From Gracilinanus agilis (Eukaryota), in assembly GCF_016433145.1 (NCBI RefSeq), contig NC_058133.1, positions 249,319,735-249,383,734 of the forward strand: a DNA stretch of 64,000 nt. Reading direction: 5' to 3'. Every line of letters begins with the position of its first letter. The stretch's first letter is position 1. The position numbers and the translations under genes were made by a program. Positions 13,001 through 22,520 of the stretch are shown one piece after another. The notes under the pieces were generated by a model that worked only from the letters and a program-made list of their open reading frames with translations, was not told where the DNA came from and made no database searches.

Positions 13001-15715
13001 AGTTCCAAGCTCTTCTTCCTCCCCCTTTTCCTCCAGTTCCTGTTTCCTCTCCTGATCCAGGTATCTGACCTCTTGCATTCGCCTCTCTTCAGGGCTGAGA
13101 GTCTTTAAGAGGCCACTCTCCTGTACTGTAGGAAGCTCCTGCCAAAGTGTATTTCGAGGTTCTGAGGGTTCTCCAAGGTTTGTTGGGAGAAGCTTCCCGT
13201 CCTTGCCAACCCCCCACAACTCTTCAGCCAGCACAGCTGTCTGGTACAGGGGCTCTGAGGAAAAGGTGATAGAAATCCGATCTGCTCCTGGGCAATGACC
13301 CAAGGGGCCAGCCTCAACTTCCTTGCTTTCCCTCCCCAAAGACCCAGGAATGCAGAGTCCCTCACCATCCTTCAGAGGCAGGCCCCAATCCTGTTCATTC
13401 AGAACCTCTAGCTCTTGATCTCTGTGGAAAGAGAAAAATAAACCTCCTTCCAAGCAGTACAAGTTTAATTGAGGCAGTATTCTATGTGCTGTGCTGGGAG
13501 GATACACAGATAAAACTTCTTCACCCAAAGAGCTTTTGGATAAATTGGGGAGGTGGGGATAGGAAGGGACACAGGACATAAACACTGAAGAATTAAATAA
13601 TGACTAGGACGAATTGTCAATGCAGTACATGATTAAATGTCAAATGAATGGTAAGGGCAATCCATGTACTGGCAATTCAAAAGAGAAAGGGAGAGAGAGA
13701 AGACCCTTCGGGATGAGTAAACAAGGTTCATGAAGGAGATGGGCTTTTCCTTTGGCCTTAAAGCATGATATACCTCTTGACATATAATTTGGGGATGGTT
13801 AGAGCATTGGAGTTTATCAGAGGGTTTCTGGTACCTTTCCACCAGGGTCTTCGGACATTCTTCCAGACTGTCTCCTGAAGAGAGAAACCACAATGATGGG
13901 TGAGAGACCTTGTTTCTCTGAGAGACCCAGGCTTTTGATTCCCATTGCCTAAGATTCCCCAGCTCCCATCTGGGAACCCCTAGGCAGACTATATCACTTA
14001 TCAGATTCTAGATTAAAGGAGAAGCTAATGAACAAGGCTGCCACTTTGGGAACCAGAGAACGACAAAGGCAGAAGGAACTTCAATTCAAATGAATTTTTC
14101 TTAAGATATTTTATTCCTTCTAAATGAAAGATACTATGCTAGATGCTCCTTCTCTGAAGGATTGGCTAACTCCATCTTTGGACAGTTATGCCACATAACA
14201 AGTCTTGAGCTGATTCCTTGCCTGAGCTCTGCCTCTTCATCTGTTGGGAATTGGAGTTTTCCCCCCTTTGTGCAATTCCACTTTCCCTCTTTATCACTCC
14301 CTATCCTCAGCTTCTACTTCCCTCTGGAAACCAAGCACCCATACCCCATTCCCAGGTCCCAATACCTGGGTGAGTTCCATATTTAGGGAGCACATTGGAA
14401 TTTGTCTGTGGAGTATGCTCAGGGCAGGTGACCTCCTTCCTGGCCCAAGCTGGTTTGGGAGGTTTAAGGGGTGGGAGGACTTTGTGCTCCACCATGGATC
14501 GGTATGATGTAAGAACAACAGAGGTGTTCTTGTTGCTAGTGGGACTGGGGAGAGATCGAGAAGGGCATCGAGGAGGAGCACAGGGGACTTCCTCACTGCC
14601 TCCCATAGAGACCCACTTAAGTTCCAGGCCAGGATGTGCCAAATGACAGAGACAGGGGCAACATGGTGGGCAGGACAAGGGAGTATCTGGGAAGAGAGAA
14701 AAAACACCTGAGTAGATAGACCACCACTCCTATGTCCCTCAAGAGCCCAAGCATTCAATAACTTTATTTAATTTTTGTCAGTATTAGAAGGTACTTTGCT
14801 AGTCATAAAATCTAACTCTCTTCATTATACAGAAGGAAAAACTAAGCCCCCAAATGAAGACTTGACCAAAGTCGCAATTAGTTAGTAGCAGGGCAGGTTT
14901 TGACCAATATTCTTACTTCTCTAGTCTAGGCTAGTACTTCTTGTACTGGCACCAGTCACAGTTCTCTACCCTCCAGGATCTTCTTCTCTTGAAGACTCAA
15001 GTATTCAACCTCCCAAATTCTATTTATCTTTCTGGATCCTGTTCTTTTCCAGGACTCATGAACCACTCTATGATCTCAAGCCAGAGTCCCCCTGCTTACC
15101 TAGACATCCATTCTCCTGGGGTCCACTCCTTGCCACAGGATCATGACAGTCTTTTCTCTCTCCATTCTCATCAACTCCACCCTGGAGACCAGGAAGTGGA
15201 GCTTCCCCAACTTGGCCCCCTACTGTGGACCCTGCCTCAAACTTCCCAGCTAGTCTCCGGACAGTGCCAGATGCTGAGGGGTGATGGGGCAAGGATCCAA
15301 ATTTGGGAGATGAGGACTGAGAGGGACTGATGGGTTCAGGGGAGCTGTTGATCTGAGGAGCTGGAAATGGGGGAAGGAGCTTAGGGAGGCCAGGGCCCAG
15401 GATGTGGGGACTTGGAGGACTGGATGAAGAGTCTGGTAGAGCCAAAGAAAAGGAGCTAGATTTGGGGGATGATGAAGATGGAAAAATTAGAGACTTGGTA
15501 GAGGTGGGGAGAGAGTTACAAAGTGGGGACAGTAAGGTTAAGACTAAGGGATCATGAGAAGTAGTGGGAGTGGCTGCTGCCTGGTGAGAGGGTCCATTGA
15601 AGAGTGATCCTGGAGGTGGATTAATACGGACTCTGGAAGGAGGTTGGGGTCGAGTGACCCGAGGAGGCTTCTGAGATGGAGGTGTTGCTGGGGGAAGAGA
15701 TTGGTCTGACATCAT
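4021..15715 (-). CDS. ARHGEF15: Rho guanine nucleotide exchange factor 15 (Ephexin-5/Vsm-RhoGEF), multi-exon, ~778 aa as reconstructed
   Basis: Coding exons (minus): 15715-15100, 14686-14366, 13874-13835, 13421-13366, 13254-13070, 12864-12704, 12473-12321, 12161-12032, 11523-11449, 11374-11282, 5077-4917, 4828-4676, 4436-4354, 4205-4101, and a probable terminal 4025-4021 (G|CT TGA). All junctions are GT-AG and phase-consistent. Translation gives [18 protein letters not shown], the DH domain ([16 protein letters not shown]...[16 protein letters not shown]) and the PH domain ([12 protein letters not shown]...[11 protein letters not shown]). The terminal exon is uncertain. Confidence 0.95.
5211..6233 (+). 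mobile_element. LINE-1 copy A, 5'-truncated (ORF2 C-terminus and 3' UTR)
   Basis: Encodes the ORF2 C-terminal CCHC region ([18 protein letters not shown]). Near-duplicate of 9630-10662. Preceded by TSD ataaatgggaac at 5199-5210. Confidence 0.92.
6234..10682 (+). mobile_element. LINE-1 copy B, 5'-truncated, disrupted ORF2 (endonuclease, RT, C-rich) and 3' UTR
   Basis: EN motifs ([27 protein letters not shown]), RT motifs ([23 protein letters not shown]) and a C-terminal zinc knuckle. Multiple frameshifts and stops. Antisense within ARHGEF15 intron 11281-5078. Confidence 0.95.
10695..10899 (+). mobile_element. Young SINE1_Mdo-like SINE
   Basis: Head ggggcagctgggtagctcagtgg, B-box ggttcaaatc, A-rich tail. 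TSD ataaatgggaac at 10683-10694 and 10900-10911. Confidence 0.92.
11427..11448. repeat. (CA)n/(TG)n microsatellite forming the 5' splice site of an ARHGEF15 intron
   Basis: Minus strand reads AAG|GTGTGTGTGT... from 11448. Confidence 0.9.
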
Positions 15716-17044
15716 TCCCTAAATTTAACAATGGTTAGGGGGACCTGGTCCTGAAGGCATCACCTTGATTGAGGAGAAGGGAAGAGATTAGGGTTAGTTG
15801 TAATATTGTGAAAATTAGAAAGCAATATTTATTTGGTAGTCCAATTATTTGGTAGTCCAAACAGTGGACCCTTAAAAATGGAATTTCTGTACTTGCTCTC
15901 CTTCAATTTTTCATCTTCTCATATTTCTCCCTTTTCCTTTTTTCATCCTATGCCTTCCCTCATCTTCCATTTCTATCTCTTTCCTGGTTCTCAATTCCAT
16001 CTCCAGTATCTAACTGGAGTTGTCTTTCAAACTCCAATGGAGAGGTCTTTCAAAACTGACATCTCAGTCTTGGTTCCTCAGTTTCTGTCTCTTCATTTCC
16101 TGACTTCAGGAAACTGAGGAAATGAGTCAGAGCTAAAGGAGAGTGGGTGAGAAGGAGGCAGAAGAGAGGAAGGGAGACTGGATTCTTTGTGATGGCAAAG
16201 TGAAGAGGGGTTTTCAATAAAATAATAAAGGGAACTTGGAAGTGAGAGAGATGCAGAGATAGACACAATCCCAGATATAGACAGATAAGGAGCAAAAGAA
16301 AGAGGAGAGTCAGGGAGTATTTATCACTGTTTTCTAGTTCCCACCCCCATTTCCAAGTTCCTCTTTCTCCTGGACTCTCCCTTTCCGGATTATTTTTAGC
16401 TTTATTTTCCTGTATGGATTGTCCTGGAGCCTCTGACCAGGGAGATTAAGAGGACCCAAGGACTAGCCCTCTCCATCCCAGCCTCTTCCAACCTCAGTCC
16501 AAATTCGCATAGCCCCTTACAAGCCCAGAGACAGAAAAACGAACTGAGAAAAGGGACTAGATGGAGTTGATATTTTTGTGAAGGTAGGAGAGGGATAGGG
16601 CTGAGTGGGAATCTCAGGGATGGAACCTATGCTTATTGTAAAAGAGGAAATGCCAAAATAGAATAAAGCCCCAGCAATAGTGCCAGACCTGTCGAACATC
16701 CAAGGGCTTCCCAAATCTGCCTCGGGATGTAGAAGGAGAAAGGCATCACCTCCCTCTTCCAGAGCCCTAGTCTATGATGATTTACGAAGCAGACTCAAAA
16801 AGATTAACTTCCCCTTCCATTCCAGACATTTTCCCCTTCTGCTCAGGAACCCAGATATCCAGTTCCTAGGTCCCGTTCTCTGTACTCCCTTTAGGGACTC
16901 AAGTATCCCAGGCCCTAGTTCTTTACTGTCCTCCAGCTTCCGTTCCCTTTAGGGTCCCTAATATCTGACCCCTTAGTGCCCAGCTCCCTTGCTCCTCCCC
17001 CAACTGTCATCCCTTCCAGGTTTCCAGGACACCCCAATTCTTAC

Positions 17045-17200
17045 CCGGCAGTCCTCTCTGCTCTTGAACAAGAACTCCTATTACCCTGTGAGTTGGGGCA
17101 GGAAACAGGAATGAGGTCCCTCCTCCCAACCGGACACTCCTCTCCTTCCCACTCCCACCCCTAATCCCCCCTCCCATAAAATACAGACAGGGCTTTTGGC
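17045..17200 (-). promoter_or_regulatory. Probable non-coding first exon/proximal promoter of ARHGEF15
   Basis: Minus-strand donor CGG|GTAAGA with the exon ending at 17045. The coding exon acceptor is at 15719/15718, just before the ATG. ETS-like GGAA cores at 17099-17112 (caggaaacaggaat). The TSS is not determinable. Confidence 0.4.
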
Positions 17201-17865
17201 TAGATGCTGGAGATTAGGATGCTTAAGGCAGAGAGCCTGGGTAGGGGGATCCTCTCAGGGACAAGTCTATGTGGAGGATCCAAGAAGGTAGATAAGTACC
17301 TTTTTTGGGTCTGTAATCTTGTACATTCATGTCAGATTATAGTGATAGATCTATGGCTTTTTGTTGAGATGGGCTAGTTGAGGGTGTATCTCAAGGGAAA
17401 ATGGGTGTGTCTTTCCTATGGGTCTATGTTTCCCAAGTTTTCTAAGGGTAAGATTTTTGATCATGAGAATGAACACTAGCTGGGGGGTGGGAGGGTGTTC
17501 AAATTCTAGTTCTGCTATTTATTACTTGGACAAGTCACTTAAACTTTGTTTTGGTAAAGATTTTACCAATTACCAATTAAATGTAATAACAATTTTCTAC
17601 ATAAGTTTTCTGAAATTATATGATCCAAATTGTCTTCCTTCCTTCTTTTCTTCCCCCTTCCTGAAAATGGCAACCCATTTGATCTGGGTTATACATGCAT
17701 AATCATGCAAAACATATTTCGATATTATTACTTAAACTTTCTAAGACTCAGTATCCTCATCTGTAAAATAAGAGGAAAGGACTAGATAATTTCTAAGGTC
17801 CCTTACAATACTAAATCATTCTAAATGATTTTGTTATTTTGCCTTGTGTCTCCCTTCCTTCTCAC

Positions 17866-17868
<3 letters not shown>

Positions 17869-17908
<40 letters not shown>
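17869..17908. repeat. (TC)n microsatellite
   Basis: Perfect TC run. Confidence 0.95.
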
Positions 17909-17911
<3 letters not shown>

Positions 17912-18371
17912 ATTTTTCTCTCTTCATATTTTTCCCATGGCTCTGTTTCTCCTTGTGCCTTTGGCTTTCCTTGGTTTCCTGTTCCTTTATCTCTCCCAAT
18001 CAGGTTCCATCATCCTTCAGTTTCTCTAACCTTTTTAAAGCCCTTGTATCTTTGCTAAACTCCACCACCTCTAGTACCCACTGTGCCTGAATCTCCTCTT
18101 CTTAGCTTATTGCTGTCTCTCTGGGACCTGAGGTGAGGACTCAGAAAGGGATCTCTAAAAAGGAAGCCAGTCCCTGGCCCCTCCCAGACCATTGTGTCAG
18201 GGACTGGGCTAGGGATGTTTGTGTAGCTGTGGGGGTAGGAATGGGAGGACAATGGTTGTGACTGACAAGTCATCTTTTCCTGCATGGTCTGTCATTAATG
18301 GGCTCTTCAACTCCATCAAAATCTTTGTGCCACAATTCAGACATCTCAGTCTCTACCTCTGTGTCTCTACT

Positions 18372-18372
<1 letters not shown>

Positions 18373-18414
<42 letters not shown>
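18373..18414. repeat. (GT)n microsatellite
   Basis: Perfect GT run. Confidence 0.95.
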
Positions 18415-18416
<2 letters not shown>

Positions 18417-18917
18417 ATGAGTGCACACATGTAGGGTAGAGGAGAGAGAGGAAGTAGTTTCTGTTATCCAGTCTTCAGCTCAGAAAATCCTTTGAAAGAG
18501 GTAGACATGTGGGAAGAGGCAAAGCAGCCAAGCAAAAGATATAGCTGATATCTTTTATATCTGATCCTGGAAGTGACAGAAAACCATTGAAGTTTATTGA
18601 ATAGGGAGGTGACATGATCATACTAAGCTTTAGAAAGAACACCTTGACAGATGAAAAGAGACTCTGCTGAAATGGAAAGAAACCTGAGTCAGAGAGACTA
18701 ACCAGAATGCTATTGGAGTAGTCCAATATGATATGAAATGATGAGAGCTTGCATCAGGATTGTGGAAGCATCACAGGAGACTGAAGGTAAGTATAAGCAG
18801 GACAATGGTGGTCTCAACAGTAATAGGAAAGTTAGGAAGTTTCGCCTAAGGCAAAAAACAATAAGTTCGTTTTGGGACATATTGATCTTAAGAATTCTAT
18901 GGGAGGCACTCCCCAGG

Positions 18918-19592
18918 ATGGAGATTCCCCAAACACACTTCCCCGCTGCCCGGGCAGCCTCGGTGGCTGAGAACTGCATCATCTACCAGCAGGGCACCCC
19001 GCACAAGGTGTTCCTAGTGCAGACGGTCATGCAGGCCAGCCTGGAGGACCTCCCGGGAAGAGGCCACAGGTACCACCTCAAATTCTCCGTGGAAGAGATC
19101 ATCCATAAACAGATTACGGTGAGCTTCCTGGCCCAAGTCCTGTACCCCACCCTGACGGTCGACCAGAATGCTGCCCCCGAGGTGGACTTCACGTTTGAGG
19201 GGGAGATCGGGAAGAACCCCGACAAGGAGGACAACCAGTTCTACGAGAGGCTCAAGTCCATGAAGGAGCCCCTGGAAGCCCAGAACATTCCAGACAGCTT
19301 TGGGAACGTGCAGCCAGCCATGAAGCCTGTGCGGCACCTGGCCTGGGTGGCCTGCAGCTACGTCATCTGGCAGCACTCCACTGAGAACACGTGGTACCAA
19401 ATGACCAAAATACAGACCGTGAAGCAGGTGAAAAGAAATGATGATTTTATTGAATTAGACCATACCATCCTACTTCACGACATTGCCTCTCAGGAAATGA
19501 TTCCCTGGCAAATGCAAGTGCTCTGGCACCCCCAGTATGGAGTCAAAGTGAAGCACAACAGTCGCCAACCCAAGCAAGCCCAGCTGGACTAA
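18918..19592 (+). CDS. LXN: Latexin (carboxypeptidase A inhibitor) retrocopy with intact 224-aa ORF; retrogene or very young processed pseudogene
   Basis: Intronless [20 protein letters not shown]...[10 protein letters not shown]...[24 protein letters not shown]...QAQLD*, recognisable as latexin over its full length. AATAAA at 19693-19698, poly(A) at 19723-19739, TSD aagaattct(a/g)tgggag at 18890-18905 and 19740-19755. Expression is unknown. Confidence 0.9.
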   Translation: MEIPQTHFPAARAASVAENCIIYQQGTPHKVFLVQTVMQASLEDLPGRGHRYHLKFSVEEIIHKQITVSFLAQVLYPTLTVDQNAAPEVDFTFEGEIGKNPDKEDNQFYERLKSMKEPLEAQNIPDSFGNVQPAMKPVRHLAWVACSYVIWQHSTENTWYQMTKIQTVKQVKRNDDFIELDHTILLHDIASQEMIPWQMQVLWHPQYGVKVKHNSRQPKQAQLD

Positions 19593-19755
19593 GCCAGCGC
19601 TGGCAGGCCCCAGTGTGCAGGCTCAGGCCCCTGCGGCTGGCTTCTCTCCGCTCCCAGGACTGTCGTGACTGCATAGTACCTATAGACGCTCTAATAAACC
19701 ACTTCAGTTCTTGCCTACATGCAAAAAAAAAAAAAAAAAAAGAATTCTGTGGGAG

Positions 19756-19969
19756 GGGGCAGCTGGGTGGCCCAGTGGATTGAGAGCCAGGCCTAGACAG
19801 GAGGTCCTAGGTTCAAATCTGGCCTCAGACACTTCCCAGCTGTGTGACCCTGGGCAAGTCACTTGACCCCCATTGTCTAGCCCTCACCACTCTTCTGTCT
19901 TGGAACCAATAATACATAGTATTGACTCCAAGATGGAAGGTAAGGGTTTATTTAAAAAAAAAAAAAAAA
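19756..19969 (+). mobile_element. Young SINE1_Mdo-like SINE
   Basis: Full consensus with poly(A). TSD aagaattct(g/a)tggg at 19740-19753 and 19970-19983. Confidence 0.92.
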
Positions 19970-20476
19970 AAGAATTCTATGGGGCATCCAGTTTTGAGTT
20001 GTCCAACTAGAATGATGACTGGAAGTCATCAAAGAAGTTAGCACTGGATGAATAGATTAGAAAATCATTAGGTTGATTATTAAATTCATGGGATCTGATA
20101 AGATCAGCAAACAAAGAAATATAAATGGAGAACAGAAGGCCCAGGACAAAATGTTAAGGGACATCTACCCTTAGTGATCATGACCTGGATCTTCATCAAA
20201 GAAGCAAAGGAAATTGAGACACAGAAGGGATAATAGATTGTGATCAGAAAAGGGCATTTCAGAATTCATGAACACGGAAGTGGAATACTTGTGTGATGGC
20301 ACCATTAAGGGTATCACCATCTCTCTGTACCTGAGGTGGGAAAGAGGAGTAGATTATGGGAAATTAGTAAATTGAAGAATTGGGAGATTAGGGATTTTAG
20401 GGACTGTTAATGTGTATGTTGTGTTGAAGTGTACTACTGTGAGAGCAGATGTTGAGGGGGAGAAAAAGACTATGAG

Positions 20477-20680
20477 GGGCAGTTAGGTACCACAGTGGAG
20501 AGAAAACCAGGTCTGGAGTCAGGAGGACCAAGGTTCAAATCTAGCTTCAGACACCCTAGTTGTATGACCCTGGGTAAGTCACTTAACCTCCATTGCCTCA
20601 CCCTTACTTCTCTTCTGCCTTGGAACCAATACACAAGTATCCATTTTAAGATGGAAAGTAAGGGTTTAATAAATAAATAA
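20477..20680 (+). mobile_element. Older opossum-type SINE
   Basis: Diverged copy of the same consensus, with an A/T tail. Confidence 0.75.
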
Positions 20681-21354
20681 TTTCATGTAGGTCTTTCCAT
20701 GGGTTTTTTTTTAATTAACCTGCTCATCATTTCTAACCTCATGGTCATATTCCATCACAATCATGCCACAATTTGTTTAGCCATTCTCCAACTGAAAGGC
20801 ATCTCCTCAATTCCCATTTCTTTACCACCATTAAGAGAGCTGCTATAAATGTTTTAGAACATATAAGTGGTTTTTTTTCCTGATCAATTTGGGAAACAGA
20901 CCAATGATATTACTAGGTCAAAGGGTACACAAAGTTTTATAACTTTTCTGGCATAATTCCAGATTGTTCTCCAAAATGGTTGGATATTTCCTTAATCTGT
21001 TTTTCAGATCAGTTGTTTTTAGGCTAAGATATCTTACATTTTCTTCAATTTTTTTGGTCTTTTGACTTTGTTTTAATATTTCTTGTTGACTCACAGAGTC
21101 ATTTTCCACCCACAGCCTGCTCCAGGCCAAACCATATCCTCAGTGAATACAAACCTTTCTGTGTCTCCTAGGTAGACTTGGACTGGACAAATGACTCACT
21201 GTGACTTTTTCTGGATGTTCCCATCAGAATTTTGTTGCAGCCTCTTCAGATTATAAGATTGATAAATAAGCATTGTTTTAACTTTAAAATCCTCTTCTGC
21301 ATTACCTCACTGTAAAAGTATTCGATAATTCTTAGACACTTTAAATACAGGTTG

Positions 21355-21357
<3 letters not shown>

Positions 21358-21410
<53 letters not shown>
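21358..21410. repeat. (TC)n microsatellite
   Basis: Perfect TC run. Confidence 0.95.
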
Positions 21411-21414
<4 letters not shown>

Positions 21415-21452
21415 AAACCTGCTTCATCCACTTTAAAAGAATGTAGTTCAAA

Positions 21453-21660
21453 GGGGTAGCTGGGTAGCTCAGTGGATTGAGAACCAAGCCTAGAGACGGG
21501 AGGTCCTAGATTCAAATTTGACCTCAGATACTTCCCAGCTGTGTGACCCTGGGCAAGTCACTTGACCCCCATTGCCTACCCTTACCACTCTTCTGCCTTG
21601 GAGCCAATACACAGTATTGACTCCAAGATGGAAGGTAAGGGTTTAAAAAAAAAAAAAAAA
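21453..21660 (+). mobile_element. Young SINE1_Mdo-like SINE
   Basis: Full consensus. Imperfect TSD aagaatgtagttcaaa / aagattgttgttcaaa. Confidence 0.9.
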
Positions 21661-21676
21661 AAGATTGTTGTTCAAA

Positions 21677-21867
21677 CTGCTTGATCACATGATCACCCTA
21701 GTGCAAATGTTAATAATATGGAAAAAGGTCTTAATCAATGACACATGTAAAACCCAGAGGAACTGCTCATTGGCTATTGGAGGGCAATGGGAGGAGGGGG
21801 GGGAAAGAACATGAATCATGTAACCATGGAAAAAAATATTCTAAGTTAATTAATTAAATAAACTTTT
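21677..21867 (+). mobile_element. LINE-1 3' UTR fragment
   Basis: Similar to the L1 3' end at 10480-10660 (tcaatgacacatgt...aaccc...catgaatcatgtaaccatg). Confidence 0.75.
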
Positions 21868-21894
21868 AAAAAATTGTTGTTCAGTGTGCCCACC

Positions 21895-22250
21895 TTATTT
21901 GATTATTTTATTTAAGACATCAGGATAGTTAGCCCCTGGATCCTCATCTATACTAGCTGCTTCTCCAGTAACTTTAATATAATTCAATTAACTGAAATTG
22001 CAAAATGATCTTACCAACAAAAGCTTGAAGTAATAATCTCTCCACTAGGCACATGGTTTCCATTTTCTTTTACTAGTTTAAATAAACTGGACTCTTTTAT
22101 CTGAATGGCTTCTCTGCTAAGAAGAATGTATTTTTTTATTTTGATCTTCAGTCCACATAGCTAATGGATACACCATTTTCTAGCATTGTAACATTTCTAT
22201 CTCATCATTCTTTGAAAGTCACAAAAAAATTGATGTGACTTTGCCTTTTC
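21895..22250 (-). mobile_element. Tigger/pogo (Tc1-mariner superfamily) transposase fossil
   Basis: Minus-strand translation gives PLAMWTEDQNKK and IKVTGEAASIDEDPGANYPDVLNKIIK. These match the Tigger CENP-B-type HTH region (VWIEDQNQK; IKVTGEAASAD...LKKII) from memory, with stops and frameshifts. Confidence 0.75.
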
Positions 22251-22329
22251 ATTTATGGCTCCTATTTGTCATATAATATTTTGAACCATATATTCAGGCA
22301 TTCCAACATTACTATGACCATGTTCAGGC

Positions 22330-22520
22330 TGTTCTACCTCCTGTTTAGAATGGCCCACAAACCAAGGTTGGTTTTTACATTCTTAAGGGTTTGGCAAATT
22401 TTTTTTGTTATAGATGAAAATTACATGAAATTCAAACTTCAGTGTCCATAAATAAAATGTTATTGGAACACAGGTGTGCTTATTCAATTATATAGTGTCT
22501 ATGGCTGCTTTCATGCTACA
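22330..22520. mobile_element. hAT-Charlie-like (Cheshire/MER58-like) fragment
   Basis: gaaattcaaacttcagtgtccataaataaaatgttattggaacac...tatggctgctttcatgctacaac resembles mammalian Charlie-group elements, from memory. Confidence 0.45.

Larger units (their letters stand above)
18500..20470 (-). mobile_element. Old LINE-2 fragment interrupted by the LXN retrocopy and a SINE
   Basis: Purine-rich L2-like text at ~18500-18889 continues at ~19984-20470 across the insertion. Confidence 0.5.

Noticed and set aside
18983-19400. Minus-strand ORFs of 128 aa and 83 aa overlapping LXN
   Set aside because: Antisense shadows of a GC3-rich coding sequence, with no independent homology.
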